Position numbers and translations under genes: made by a program. From Alphaproteobacteria bacterium (GTDB lineage Bacteria > Pseudomonadota > Alphaproteobacteria > UBA6615), in assembly GCA_038131445.1 (NCBI GenBank), contig JAYPPL010000010.1:42683-106682 (forward strand): a stretch of 64,000 nucleotides of DNA, read 5' to 3'. Shown piece by piece: positions 30,141-42,791 of this stretch (positions are counted from its first letter, which is position 1; the number at the start of each line of letters is the position of its first letter). Under the pieces are notes generated by a model. The model saw only the letters and a list, made by a program, of their open reading frames with translations. It had not been told where the DNA came from and searched no databases.

Positions 30141-30175
30141 AGGACCTGGATGATTGTTTGGGAGGGGGCTTGGTA

Positions 30176-32170
30176 ATGGACGGTTCTGCTGGGATTCAGG
30201 CGGAAAACGCGGTTGTGGAAAAGACGCGCAAAACGCGCGAGACGAACGATTTGGACGTGCTTGAAACACTCGATCTGGAGCCCGTAACGAACGAAACCGA
30301 GGCGACTCGGGATGTGGATAACGATCTCGTCGGGAAGGACGCCGTTACGGCGAACATCTTTCAGACTGAGCGTGTGCGCATCGCGATAGACCCTGCGCGT
30401 GACGCCAACCTGACCGCGTTCGGCCGTGAAACCCTGGAAGACCGCTATCTCCTGAAAGACGAGGCGGGTTCTCCCCAAAAACTATTCGCCCGTGTAGCGT
30501 GTCATTATGCCGACGATTCGGCCCACGCCCAGCGTATCTACGACTACATCTCGAACCTCTGGTTCATGCCGGCTACCCCGGTGCTGTCGAATGGAGGTAC
30601 CAAGCGCGGCCTGCCGATCTCCTGCTTCCTCAACGAAGCTTCCGACTCTCTGGAAGGCATCGTCGATCTGTGGAACGAGAATGTCTGGCTGGCGGCCCGC
30701 GGCGGCGGCATCGGCAGCTACTGGGGCAATCTGCGCTCCATCGGCGAGCAGGTTGGCCACAACGGCAAGACCTCGGGTGTGGTTCCCTTCATCCGGGTGA
30801 TGGATTCGCTGACGCTGGCGATTTCCCAAGGTTCTCTTCGGCGTGGCTCCGCTGCGGTCTATCTGCCAATCGACCACCCGGAGATCGAGGAGTTCATCGA
30901 AATCCGCCGTCCGACCGGCGGTGACCCGAACCGTAAGGCGCAGAACCTGCACCACGGCGTGCTGGTCACCGACGCGTTCATGCGCGCGGTCGAGGCCGAT
31001 GAAGACTGGACGCTGGTCAGCCCGAAGGACCGCTCGCCCATCGCGACGGTCAAGGCGCGCTCGCTCTGGATTCGCCTGCTGACGGCGCGGATCGAGACCG
31101 GCGAGCCCTATATCGTCTATTCCGACACGGTGAACCGGCAGATTCCGGAACATCAGAAGCTCGCCGGCCTGACAGTGAAGACCTCGAATCTGTGTTCCGA
31201 GATCACACTGCCGACCGGCAAGGACCACCTGGACAATGACCGCACCGCGGTGTGCTGTCTGTCCTCGCTCAACGTCGAGAAGTTCCTCGAGTGGAAGGAT
31301 CACCCGACCTTTATCGAGGATGTGATGCGCTTCCTTGACAACGTGCTCTCGGACTTCATCGATACCGCGCCCGACAGTTTCGCCAAGGCCAAGTATTCGG
31401 CCATGCGCGAGCGTTCGGTCGGCCTCGGCATCATGGGCTTCCATTCCTTCCTGCAGGACCAGATGGTGCCGTTTGAGTCCGCGGTCGCGAAAGCCTGGAA
31501 CAAGAAGATGTTCAAGCAGATCCGTGAGCAGGCCGACGCAGCATCCCAGCTGTTGGCCGAGGAGCGTGGTGCGTGCTCCGATGCCGCTGATTACGGCATC
31601 AAGGAACGCTTCTCCAACAAGATGGCGATTGCGCCGACGGCGTCGATCTCGATCATTTGCGGCGGCGCCTCACCGGGCATCGAACCGATCGCGGCGAACA
31701 GCTTCACCCACAAAACCCTGTCGGGCTCGTTCACCGTCCGCTCCAAGGCGCTCAAGAAGCTCTTGGCGGAGAAGGGCAAGGACACCGATGAGACCTGGTC
31801 TTCCATCACCAGCCATGAGGGCTCGGTGCAGCAACTGGATTTCCTGACCCAGGACGAGAAGGACGTGTTCAAGACCGCCTTCGAGATCGACCAGCGCTGG
31901 GTGATCGACCTGGCTGCCGATCGCTCGCCGTTCGTCTGCCAGTCGCAGTCGCTGAACGTCTTCCTGGCGGCGGACGTGCACAAGCGCGACCTGCACCAGA
32001 TCCACTTCCAGGCTTGGAAGAAGGGGGTGAAGAGCCTCTACTACTGCCGCTCGAAGTCGCTGCAGCGCTCCGAAAGCGTGGCCGCGCTGGTGCCGGTGAC
32101 CGCGGATGACGAGGCCGACCGAGCCGCCGCCAGCCGCAACGATTACGAGGAATGCCTCGCCTGTCAGTAG
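30176..32170 (+). CDS. class I ribonucleoside-diphosphate reductase, alpha subunit
   Basis: ATG 30176 with RBS GGGAGGGGG. LWFMPATPVLSNGG, the SNLCSEI catalytic Cys region, and a C-terminal YxxCxxC-like redox tail ending ...YEECLACQ. Confidence 0.9.
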   Translation: MDGSAGIQAENAVVEKTRKTRETNDLDVLETLDLEPVTNETEATRDVDNDLVGKDAVTANIFQTERVRIAIDPARDANLTAFGRETLEDRYLLKDEAGSPQKLFARVACHYADDSAHAQRIYDYISNLWFMPATPVLSNGGTKRGLPISCFLNEASDSLEGIVDLWNENVWLAARGGGIGSYWGNLRSIGEQVGHNGKTSGVVPFIRVMDSLTLAISQGSLRRGSAAVYLPIDHPEIEEFIEIRRPTGGDPNRKAQNLHHGVLVTDAFMRAVEADEDWTLVSPKDRSPIATVKARSLWIRLLTARIETGEPYIVYSDTVNRQIPEHQKLAGLTVKTSNLCSEITLPTGKDHLDNDRTAVCCLSSLNVEKFLEWKDHPTFIEDVMRFLDNVLSDFIDTAPDSFAKAKYSAMRERSVGLGIMGFHSFLQDQMVPFESAVAKAWNKKMFKQIREQADAASQLLAEERGACSDAADYGIKERFSNKMAIAPTASISIICGGASPGIEPIAANSFTHKTLSGSFTVRSKALKKLLAEKGKDTDETWSSITSHEGSVQQLDFLTQDEKDVFKTAFEIDQRWVIDLAADRSPFVCQSQSLNVFLAADVHKRDLHQIHFQAWKKGVKSLYYCRSKSLQRSESVAALVPVTADDEADRAAASRNDYEECLACQ

Positions 32171-32250
32171 GCAATCGAGAAATAAAGTTTTGCGTTCCGC
32201 CCCGGGCCCGTTGGTGCCGGGGCGTCGCATCCGGGGAAGAGGATTGAGTA

Positions 32251-33210
32251 ATGTCACTTCTTGAAGAGCGGGTTCAGTACAAGCCGTTCCACTATCCGTG
32301 GGCCTATGACGCTTGGCTGATGCAGCAGCGCGTCCACTGGCTGCCGGAGGAAGTACCGCTGGCCGACGATGTGAAGGACTGGCACCGAACGCTCAGCGCG
32401 GCGGAGCGTAACCTGCTGACGCACATCTTCCGCTTCTTCACCCAGGCCGATGTGGAAGTGAACAACTGCTACATGAAGCACTATTCGCAGGTGTTCAAAC
32501 CCACCGAGGTGCAGATGATGCTTGCCGCCTTCTCGAACATCGAGACGGTGCACATCTCCGCCTACTCCCATCTGCTCGACACCATCGGGATGCCTGAGAC
32601 CGAGTACTCAGCCTTCCTGAAGTACCAGCAGATGAAGGACAAGTACGACTATATGCAGGAGTTCGGTATCGGTACTAAGGAGGATATCGCCAAGACGCTG
32701 GCCATGTTCGGCGCCTTCACCGAGGGCTTGCAGCTCTTCGCCTCCTTCGCGATCCTGATGAACTTTCCGCGCTTCAATAAGATGAAGGGCATGGGCCAGA
32801 TCGTGACCTGGTCGGTTCGCGACGAGAGCCTGCACACCCAGTCGATCATCAAGCTGTTCCAGACCTTCATCCATGAGAACCCGGAGGTTTGGAATGAGGA
32901 CTTCAAGCGCGACCTCTACGTCGCCTGCGAGACGGTGCTGAATCACGAGGACGCCTTTATCGACCTGGCCTTCGAGCTGGGCGGTATCGAAGGCCTCGAG
33001 GCGCGCGAGGTGAAGCAGTACATCCGCTACATCGCCGACCGCCGCCTGTCGCAGCTCGGCCTTCAGCCGGTTTACCGGATCGAGAAGAATCCGCTACCGT
33101 GGATGGAAGAGATGCTCAACGGCGTGGAGCACGCGAACTTCTTCGAGAACCGCGCGACCGAGTATTCCAAGGCCGCGACCCAGGGAAGCTGGGAAGAAGC
33201 CTTCGACTAG
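32251..33210 (+). CDS. class I ribonucleoside-diphosphate reductase, beta subunit
   Basis: 319 aa. Di-iron ligand motifs (FSNIETVHISAYSH with the radical Tyr present; FTEGLQLFASF; VRDESLH). Confidence 0.9.
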   Translation: MSLLEERVQYKPFHYPWAYDAWLMQQRVHWLPEEVPLADDVKDWHRTLSAAERNLLTHIFRFFTQADVEVNNCYMKHYSQVFKPTEVQMMLAAFSNIETVHISAYSHLLDTIGMPETEYSAFLKYQQMKDKYDYMQEFGIGTKEDIAKTLAMFGAFTEGLQLFASFAILMNFPRFNKMKGMGQIVTWSVRDESLHTQSIIKLFQTFIHENPEVWNEDFKRDLYVACETVLNHEDAFIDLAFELGGIEGLEAREVKQYIRYIADRRLSQLGLQPVYRIEKNPLPWMEEMLNGVEHANFFENRATEYSKAATQGSWEEAFD

Positions 33211-33246
33211 GCCGAGACGACTCCCCCACGTGATAGAACGGTCGGC

Positions 33247-35013
33247 ATGACTACCGACCAGGTCATCATTTTTGCCATTCTGGGCCTGTCGCTCGTTTTC
33301 TTCATTTGGGGGCGCTGGCGTTATGACGTGGTGGCATTCACCGCGCTGATCGCGACGGTCTTCGCCGGGATCGTTCCCGCCGACGCTGCCTTCTCGGGCT
33401 TCGGGCACCCGGCCGTTATCACCGTCGCCGCCGTGCTGGTCATCAGCCGGGCGCTTCAGGTCTCGGGCGTCATCTCGTTGTTCGCCGATGCCGTGGTGCG
33501 TTTCGCCAAGGGACAGTGGACGCATATGGTGGCGCTTTCTGGCGTCGGGGCGCTTCTGTCGGCCTTTATGAACAATGTCGGGGCACTGGCCCTGTTGATG
33601 CCACTGGCGCTGCGGCTGGCCGACAAGCCCTCGGCGGTGCTGATGCCGCTGTCCTTCGCAACCATACTGGGCGGGCTCGTCACCTTAGTCGGCACTCCGC
33701 CGAACATCATCATCGCAAACTACCGCGCCGATTTTACGGGCGAGGCTTTCGCCATGTTTGATTTCGCCTATGTGGGGCTTCCTATCGCGGTGATCGGTAT
33801 GGCGTTCGTGCTGCTGATCGGTTGGCGGCTGATCCCGCCGGGGCGGTCCAGCCGGCGTTCGGCGGAGGAGATGTTCGACCTTGAAAGCTATGTCGTCGAG
33901 GCGCGTGTGAATGAGGGTTCACCTTATGTGGGCGAGACCGTCCACGCACTGGAGGAGCTCGATGAGGAACGTTCCATCGTCGTCGGCCTCGTGCGAAACG
34001 AGACGCGCCGTCTAATGCGCGTCCGCAACGAACGCATTCATGCCGGCGACGTGCTGCTGCTGCGTGTCGAGCCCGCGCATGTGGACGACCTGATGAAAAA
34101 GGCGGGATTGACGCTCACCGGCGCCGAGCGCGCCACGGACGAGAAGGTGCGCTCGGACCAGATCGGCCTGGTAGAAGCTGTCGTCCAGCCGGGTTCGCGG
34201 GTCGAGAGGCGTAGCGCTGCGATGCTCCACCTGCGCCAACATTTTGGCGTGGCGCTACTGGCGCTGGCGCGGGAAGGCATGCCCATCCGGGAGCGGATCG
34301 CCCAGGTGCGTCTACGTGCGGGCGATGTCCTGTTGCTTCAGGGTGAGGAAAGCGAACTGCCCGACGCCGTGGCCGCGATGGGTTGCCTGCCGCTTGCCAC
34401 CCGCAACCTGAACATCGGGCGCGGCGGTAAGGTGCTGATCCCCGTGCTGATCTTTGCCGCCTCCGTGCTGGCGACCGTACTGGGCTTTGCGCCCGTGCAT
34501 GTGTCCTTTGCCGCCGCCGTCGTCGCGCTGATTCTGCTGGAGCGGATCTCGGCGCGGGAATCCTATGAGACCATCGAGTGGCCGGTGATTGTCTTGCTGG
34601 GCGCAATGATCCCGCTGGGCGACGCGCTGCAATCGACCGGCGGTACGCTGCTGATCGCCAACAGCATCGTCGCGCTGGCCGGGGAAATCCCAGCCTGGGT
34701 GATCCTGGGCATCGTGCTGGTTGTGACCATGACCCTGTCGGACCTGATGAACAACGCCGCCACGGCCATTGTTATGGCGCCGATCTCGGTTGCCATCGCC
34801 ACGCAACTGGGGTTGAACGCGGACCCGTTCCTGATGGCGGTCGCCATCGGCGCGTCCTGCGCCTTCCTGACCCCAATCGGGCACCAGAACAACGTGCTGG
34901 TGATGGGGCCGGGCGGCTACAAGTTCGGCGACTACTGGCGCATGGGCCTGCCGCTTGAGATCATCATCGTGGCGGTATCGATCCCGCTGATCCTGCATTT
35001 CTGGCCTTTGTAG
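33247..35013 (+). CDS. SLC13/DASS-type anion permease with central TrkA-C (RCK_C) domains
   Basis: 588 aa. Hydrophobic N- and C-terminal halves flank two soluble repeats (VVEARVNEGSPYVGETV... / LVEAVVQPGSRVERRS...). Confidence 0.85.
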   Translation: MTTDQVIIFAILGLSLVFFIWGRWRYDVVAFTALIATVFAGIVPADAAFSGFGHPAVITVAAVLVISRALQVSGVISLFADAVVRFAKGQWTHMVALSGVGALLSAFMNNVGALALLMPLALRLADKPSAVLMPLSFATILGGLVTLVGTPPNIIIANYRADFTGEAFAMFDFAYVGLPIAVIGMAFVLLIGWRLIPPGRSSRRSAEEMFDLESYVVEARVNEGSPYVGETVHALEELDEERSIVVGLVRNETRRLMRVRNERIHAGDVLLLRVEPAHVDDLMKKAGLTLTGAERATDEKVRSDQIGLVEAVVQPGSRVERRSAAMLHLRQHFGVALLALAREGMPIRERIAQVRLRAGDVLLLQGEESELPDAVAAMGCLPLATRNLNIGRGGKVLIPVLIFAASVLATVLGFAPVHVSFAAAVVALILLERISARESYETIEWPVIVLLGAMIPLGDALQSTGGTLLIANSIVALAGEIPAWVILGIVLVVTMTLSDLMNNAATAIVMAPISVAIATQLGLNADPFLMAVAIGASCAFLTPIGHQNNVLVMGPGGYKFGDYWRMGLPLEIIIVAVSIPLILHFWPL

Positions 35014-35020
35014 GCGCGCC

Positions 35021-35748
35021 ATGTGCGGACGTTTCGGGCTATTCCACACTTGGGAAGACATGCATGCGGCCTATGGCTTGATCAACCAGCCGCTGAAAAT
35101 GATACCGCGCTGGAACATCGCGCCGACCCAGGCGGTGCATGCCGTCATCCGTGCCGCGGCCGGGCCACAGCGCGGCAGGCGCGAGATCATGGGTTTGCAG
35201 TGGGGGCTCATTCCGCCCTGGGCGAAGGACCCGGCCATCGGCGCGAAGATGATCAACGCGCGCGGCGAGACCCTGACCGAGAAACCATCCTTCAAGAATG
35301 CGTTTCGCCGCCGCCGCTGTCTGATCCCTGCCAGCGGGTTCTATGAATGGCAGGCGGTGGGTAGCGGACCGAAACAGCCGGTCTGGATCGCGCGGCCCGA
35401 TGGCGGGCTGATAACTTTCGGCGGGCTTTGGGAAATCTGGCACGGGCCCGACGGCGGCGAACTACACAGCTGCACTATCGTTACTACGGACGCGAACAAG
35501 ACGCTGACGCCCTTCCATCACCGCATGCCGGTGGTGATTGGGCAGGGGGATTTCGATGCGTGGCTCGGAGAGGGGCAGGAATGCCGGGAGGATGTGGCGC
35601 ATGCCGGTGAACTAATTCGCCCCGCGCCAGAGGACACGCTGGCCGTGCGCACCATCGGCCGGGCGGTGAACGATATCCGCAACGACGGCCCTGAATTGCT
35701 GGATAAGGCCACGCCGCTGCCGGTCGGCCCGAAGCAGGGCGAGTTGTT

Positions 35749-35752
<4 letters not shown>
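35021..35752 (+). CDS. SOS response-associated peptidase (SRAP/YedK, abasic-site DNA-protein crosslink)
   Basis: MCGRF N-terminus (Cys2 nucleophile), NIAPTQ, INARGETL and FYEW motifs. Confidence 0.9.
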
Positions 35753-38076
<2,324 letters not shown>

Positions 38077-38125
38077 AAACGAACTCTCCCCGAACGACCT
38101 GGAATTTTTTGCGAGCCGGAATGTA

Positions 38126-38968
38126 TCAGCGGTGCCGTTGCGGTGAAACCGGCGTGCCGCCTGATGTTTGCTCCCGCTTTCGCGGGGCCATCGCTTTCGC
38201 GGCGACGATCACGGCAACCGTGACCGTCACGATCAGGATGGTCGCGAGGGCGTTGATCTCCGGCGTGAGGCCCAGGCGCACGCTCGAGAAGACGACCATG
38301 GGCAGCGTGCTCGATCCCGGACCGGACACGAAGCTCGCGACGACCAGATCGTCGAGGGAGAGTGTGAACGCCAGCAGCCAGCCCGCGATGAGCGACGATG
38401 CAATCAGCGGCAGTGTTATCGTTATAAAGGCGCGGAGCGGGCTTGCGCCTAGGTCAAGGGCAGCCTCCTCAAGGCTGCGGTCCATCTGGGACAGCCGCGC
38501 CTGAACGACCAGGGTCACGTAGGCCGTCGCGAAGGTGATGTGGGCGAGCGTGATGGTGAGCGCGCTGCGCCCGTCCGGCCAGCCCGTGACCTGTTGCAGG
38601 AACACGAAAAGCAGCAGGAACGACAGGCCGGTAATGACCTCCGGCATCACAAGCGGTGCCGTGGTCATGGCGGAAAACAGCAGCCGCCCGCGAAACCGGC
38701 CGAACCTGACCAGCACGATCGCGCAAAAAGTACCGAGAACCACGGCGCTGGTTGCCGACGCGGCAGCGATCTTCACGCTGAGAAATGCTGCGTCCAGAAG
38801 CTGCGCGTTCCGGACGAGCTCGCCATACCATTTGATGGAGAACCCGCCCCATACGGTGACCAGCTGGGATTCGTTAAAGGAATAGACGATCAGCGAGAGG
38901 ATCGGCCCGTAGAGGAACAGATAGCCAGCCGTCAGTGCGGCCACGAGCCATGCCGACAGTCGCGTCAC
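38126..38968 (-). CDS. ABC transporter permease (PotC-like, polyamine)
   Basis: The GTG start at 38968 overlaps the upstream permease stop (GTGA). The EAALDLGASPLRAFITITLPL EAA-loop is present. Confidence 0.85.
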   Translation of the reverse strand: MTRLSAWLVAALTAGYLFLYGPILSLIVYSFNESQLVTVWGGFSIKWYGELVRNAQLLDAAFLSVKIAAASATSAVVLGTFCAIVLVRFGRFRGRLLFSAMTTAPLVMPEVITGLSFLLLFVFLQQVTGWPDGRSALTITLAHITFATAYVTLVVQARLSQMDRSLEEAALDLGASPLRAFITITLPLIASSLIAGWLLAFTLSLDDLVVASFVSGPGSSTLPMVVFSSVRLGLTPEINALATILIVTVTVAVIVAAKAMAPRKREQTSGGTPVSPQRHR

Positions 38969-39859
38969 GGTCGCGTCTCCCCGCGTCGCTGGCGCAGATG
39001 TTCGAGCCAGGCCAGCGGCGCGACGATCAGCAACAGCATCGTGACGGCGAGCGCGGAGGCGAGCGGCCAGTCCCGGTTGCTGAAGAACTCGGTCCATAGC
39101 ACTTTACCGATCATGGCGGTTCGCGAACTGCCGAGGAGTTCGGGGATTACGAACTCGCCTACGGCAGGAATTAACACGAGCAGGAACCCCGCGATCACGC
39201 CCGGTATCGACAAGGGCAGGGTAATCGTCACGAAAGCGCGCAAGGGCCCTGCACCTAGGTCCAATGCCGCCTCGAGCAGGCTGGAATCCTGGCGTTCGAG
39301 CGCGGCGAACAGCGGCAGGATCATGAAGGGCAAGGTAGGAATAGACGATGCCCAGATGGACGGCGAAGGAGGTTTGCAGCAGCTGGATCGGCGCATCGGT
39401 CAGGCCGGTGGCCTGCAGCATATGGTTGATGAGCCCGTCGCTTTTCAGGAGGCCAATCCAGGCATAGACTCGGATCAGGAACGAGGTCCAGAACGGCAGG
39501 ATTACGGTCAGCAGCAGCAGTGCGCGCCAGCGCTGCGGCGAGCGCGCGATGGCGAGCGCTACCGGATAGCCGATCAGCAGGCAGGCAAAGGCCGATGTCG
39601 CGGCGATCCGAAGCGAATTGATGAGTGCTTTGACGTAGAGCGCATCGCCGAGCAGAAATGTATAGTTGTCGAGACGGGCCAGAATTTCGCCGCCCTGCAC
39701 CAGCGGCTCATAGGGTGGCACACCATAGCGCGACTGGCTGAGCGAGATCGCGAATACAATCAGGAACGGTGCCAGGAAGAACACTGACAGCCAGACGAAA
39801 GGGATCACCGTCACCAGCCGCTGGCCTGCCTGCCCGTTCGGCGAACGCTTGCGGTTCAC
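38965..39859 (-). pseudogene. ABC transporter permease (PotB-like) interrupted by a 1-nt frameshift
   Basis: The N-terminal part is in the frame of ORF 39104..39859, up to ...FAVHLGIVYSYL. The remainder is in the frame of ORF 38965..39396 (PFMILPLFAALERQDSSLLEAALDLGAGPLRAF...). The frame switches at about 39328-39336 (TACCTTGCCCTTCATG; one extra nucleotide relative to YL-PFM). Confidence 0.75.
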
Positions 39860-40992
39860 GTGGTCAGCACCACCCCGTCTTCGGGGTGCCAGGTAAGGTG
39901 GATTGTATCGCCCCAGGTGACGGGTGCTTCGCCGGTGTGGCGGCGATTAGCCTGGGCGACCTGTATCCGTGGCCCGCCGGAGACCTGCACATGATAGATC
40001 GACATGTCGCCCAGATAGGCAATGTCCTCGACGACACCTGAGAGGAGGTTGGCTTCGCCGAAGATGGTGTTCCGGTCGGCAGTAGCCCGCAGTTTTTCCG
40101 GGCGTACCATCGCGGTCACCTGATCGCCCTGTTTCACGGGCGTGGCGGCGGACACATGAACAAGTATCCCTGTGTCACTCAACCGGATCTGCGCGATCCC
40201 GTCCGTCTTTGCCATGACTTCTCCGGGGAGAAGGTTGGCCGTGCCGACGAAATCAGCCACGTAGCGCGAGTTCGGGTATTCGTAGATCTGACGCGGCGCG
40301 CCGATCTGTTGAATTCGGCCGGCGCGCATGACGGCGATCCGGTCCGACATGGTCATCGCTTCTTCCTGGTCGTGCGTGACGAGGATGAAGGTGGTGCCGA
40401 TCCGATTCTGGAGATTGACGAGCTCGAACTGGGTGCGCTCGCGCAGCTTGCGGTCGAGGGCACCGAGCGGCTCATCCAACAACAGGATGCGTGGACGCTT
40501 GGCGAGCCCGCGCGCTAGCGCGACGCGTTGGCGTTGTCCGCCGGACAACTGGTCCGGCCTGCGCTCTGCCAGATCCTGCATATCGACCAGCTGGAGCATT
40601 TCGTAGACCCGCTCGTCGCGCTCACCTCGGGCCATGCCTTCTTGCCGCAGTCCGTAGGCGACGTTTTGAGTGACCGTCATGTGTGGAAACAGCGCATAGG
40701 ACTGGAAAACCATGTTCACGGGCCGCTCATAGGGCGGGATATTGGTCATGTCTTGCCCGTCGATAAGGAGCCGCCCGCTGTCGGGCGTTTCCAGCCCCGC
40801 GATCATGCGCAGCAGGGTGGACTTACCGCAGCCCGAGCCACCGAGCAGCGAGAACAGTTCACCCCGCCGCACCGTGAGATCGACGCTATCGACAGCGGTG
40901 ACATTGCCAAACCGCCGGGTCAAGCCTTGCAGGTCCAGAATGTCCCCGGATACTGGAGCCTGCTCTGCGCGCCCTGGATTCGATGAGGTCAT
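39856..40992 (-). CDS. ABC transporter ATP-binding protein (PotA-like)
   Basis: Walker A GGSGCGKST, signature LSGGQRQRVALARGL, Walker B ILLLDEP, and a C-terminal TOBE-like domain. Confidence 0.9.
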   Translation of the reverse strand: MTSSNPGRAEQAPVSGDILDLQGLTRRFGNVTAVDSVDLTVRRGELFSLLGGSGCGKSTLLRMIAGLETPDSGRLLIDGQDMTNIPPYERPVNMVFQSYALFPHMTVTQNVAYGLRQEGMARGERDERVYEMLQLVDMQDLAERRPDQLSGGQRQRVALARGLAKRPRILLLDEPLGALDRKLRERTQFELVNLQNRIGTTFILVTHDQEEAMTMSDRIAVMRAGRIQQIGAPRQIYEYPNSRYVADFVGTANLLPGEVMAKTDGIAQIRLSDTGILVHVSAATPVKQGDQVTAMVRPEKLRATADRNTIFGEANLLSGVVEDIAYLGDMSIYHVQVSGGPRIQVAQANRRHTGEAPVTWGDTIHLTWHPEDGVVLTT

Positions 40993-42089
40993 TGACCCGT
41001 CTTGATCCGCGTCCAGATGCGGTTACGCTGACGTTCGAAGGACGGCGACTTCAGCGGCACCACGAACAGGTGGTCGCGGGTCTCGGTGTTCGGATACACG
41101 ACAGGATCGTCAAGCCGCGCCTGTTCCACAAACGCTTCCGCGCCGTCCACCGCGTTGGCATAGCCGACCGCGTTGGTGATCGGTCCCACGACATCGGGGC
41201 GCATCATGAAGTTTATGAAAGCGTGTGCGTTCCCGGGGTGCTTCGCATCTGCCGGGATAGCCATCACATCGATTACCGCTTGGGCGCCTTCGCGGGGCAG
41301 GAAGACACGAATTTCATTGCCTCTTGCAGCGTCTGTGGCCCGGTCGCGGGCCTGGATCAGGTCGCCGCCATAGCCGTGCGCCAAACAGATCTCGCCGTTG
41401 GCCAGATCATTGATGTAGGACGACGAGTGGAAGTAACGCACGAAGGGCCGGATCTTCTCAATCATCGCTGCGGCACGTTCCAGATCCCCGGTCTTCTCAG
41501 TTGCCGGATTGATGCCGAGATAAGCGTAGGCGGCGGCAAACACCTCATTCGGGTCGTCGAGCAGAGAGATGCCGCAGGATGAGAGCTTTTCCGCCCAGGC
41601 CGGATCGAAGATCACCGCCCAGCTGTCCGTTGGCGCGTCCGGCGCGGCGGCAGCCACCTTGGCGACGTTGTAGCCGACGCCTGTACCCGCGACCATATAG
41701 GGCACGGCATGTTTGTTGTCCGGATCGCCGCCTTCGGCGAGGGAGTTGAGGACCGACGGCATAATGTTCTGCCAGTTCGGTAGAAGGCTGCGATCGAGTT
41801 CCTGGTAGATTCCGGATTTTACCTGGCGCGCCAAGAAAGGAGAAATCGACGGAAATACGACATCGTAGCCCGAGGAGCCAGCCATCAGCTTCGCCTCTAG
41901 AACCTCGTTGGAGTCGTAAACATCGTAATTAACCTGGATGCCGGTCTCGGCTGTGAAGCGTGCCAGAGTGTCTTTCGCGATGTAGTCGGACCAGTTGTAA
42001 ACATTAAGGACTTTTGCCTCGTCTGCCGTCGCCGAACCGGCGGCTGCGGCAAGCATGACGACGAGGAGGGACTGAAGAAAGCTGCGCAT
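40989..42089 (-). CDS. periplasmic polyamine-binding protein (PotD/PotF family)
   Basis: ATG 42089 gives a signal peptide MRSFLQSLLVVMLAAAAGSATA, followed by LNVYNWSDYIAKDTL, typical of PotF/PotD. Confidence 0.85.
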   Translation of the reverse strand: MRSFLQSLLVVMLAAAAGSATADEAKVLNVYNWSDYIAKDTLARFTAETGIQVNYDVYDSNEVLEAKLMAGSSGYDVVFPSISPFLARQVKSGIYQELDRSLLPNWQNIMPSVLNSLAEGGDPDNKHAVPYMVAGTGVGYNVAKVAAAAPDAPTDSWAVIFDPAWAEKLSSCGISLLDDPNEVFAAAYAYLGINPATEKTGDLERAAAMIEKIRPFVRYFHSSSYINDLANGEICLAHGYGGDLIQARDRATDAARGNEIRVFLPREGAQAVIDVMAIPADAKHPGNAHAFINFMMRPDVVGPITNAVGYANAVDGAEAFVEQARLDDPVVYPNTETRDHLFVVPLKSPSFERQRNRIWTRIKTGQ

Positions 42090-42314
42090 TGCACATTTGC
42101 CCCTTGGTAAGCCGCTATCCAGGCCGCGCCATCGCGGCAGGAGGTTCGGGAACCAATTGGGAGATTTCTTCCCGGGTGGCAGGGTTGTCAATATGATCCG
42201 ATGTGTGTGAACGAAATTTTCTGCACTCGACAGACCACGCAAGGATGAGATTAGTGGGTGGCTTCGACCTGCCCTCACACGAATGTGTGATCGGAATGCT
42301 CAGACGCGCTTCGG

Positions 42315-42626
42315 TTGTGCAAATTGGCCGTCATTATGATCACCGGTGTGACGTCTCAGCGAATAAGAGTGGCATTGTCTAAGTTTGCCGCCGGCGCATC
42401 GGGCAGGGTAACCATTGCCTGCGATTGGAGCGGGGGAAAAGGATTGTCCGTGATTAAGGCGCGTGCACGTGTTCTCGTTGAGGCAGACAACGCCGTGAAC
42501 CGGCGTCTGTTCTTCTCCATTCTGGGCGAGGCGCGGAATATCCCCATCCGGTCCAATATCACCGGGTTCGCGGCGGCGGTGAACGGTGCGGCGTTCTATT
42601 TCGTTTTGGATGGCAACGCAGAATAG
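42315..42626 (+). pseudogene. possible response-regulator receiver-domain fragment
   Basis: ARVLVEADNAVNRRLFFSILGEA...AVNGAAFYFVLDGNAE* resembles the first half of a receiver domain (ILVVDDN.vNr..., ...DLVLMD) and stops right after the phospho-Asp position. There is no convincing start or RBS. Confidence 0.3.
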
Positions 42627-42791
42627 GCCCTATTGTTGTATCTGCGAGCATAAATACGCGGCGTTGTTTTTCATCTGCATTGCAGTACTACTTGTCGCGA
42701 AGGTCGCCTTTGCCATTGGTATGCTGTTGCGCGGGCTTTCGTCGGCGCTGCATCGCGCCTGACCGGTTGTTTGTTCGAGGAAGAGACCCGC

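Noticed and set aside
29793-30175. Cobalamin riboswitch upstream of the RNR operon
   Set aside because: Only a short GGAGGACCTGG resemblance to the B12-box was found, near 30139-30149. The GCCACTG-type and GGGAA/GGTG core elements I looked for are absent.
32251-33210. RNR beta subunit lacking the radical tyrosine (class Ic-like)
   Set aside because: On re-alignment, the Tyr is present four residues after the His ligand (ETVHISAY). The Phe I first noticed (LQLFASF) is in the second Glu-ligand helix.
42315-42626. 103-aa ORF as a RiPP precursor for the downstream radical SAM enzyme
   Set aside because: The sequence looks like the N-terminal half of a response-regulator receiver domain that stops after the phospho-Asp position. 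It has a poor start context and lies 165 nt from the radical SAM gene.
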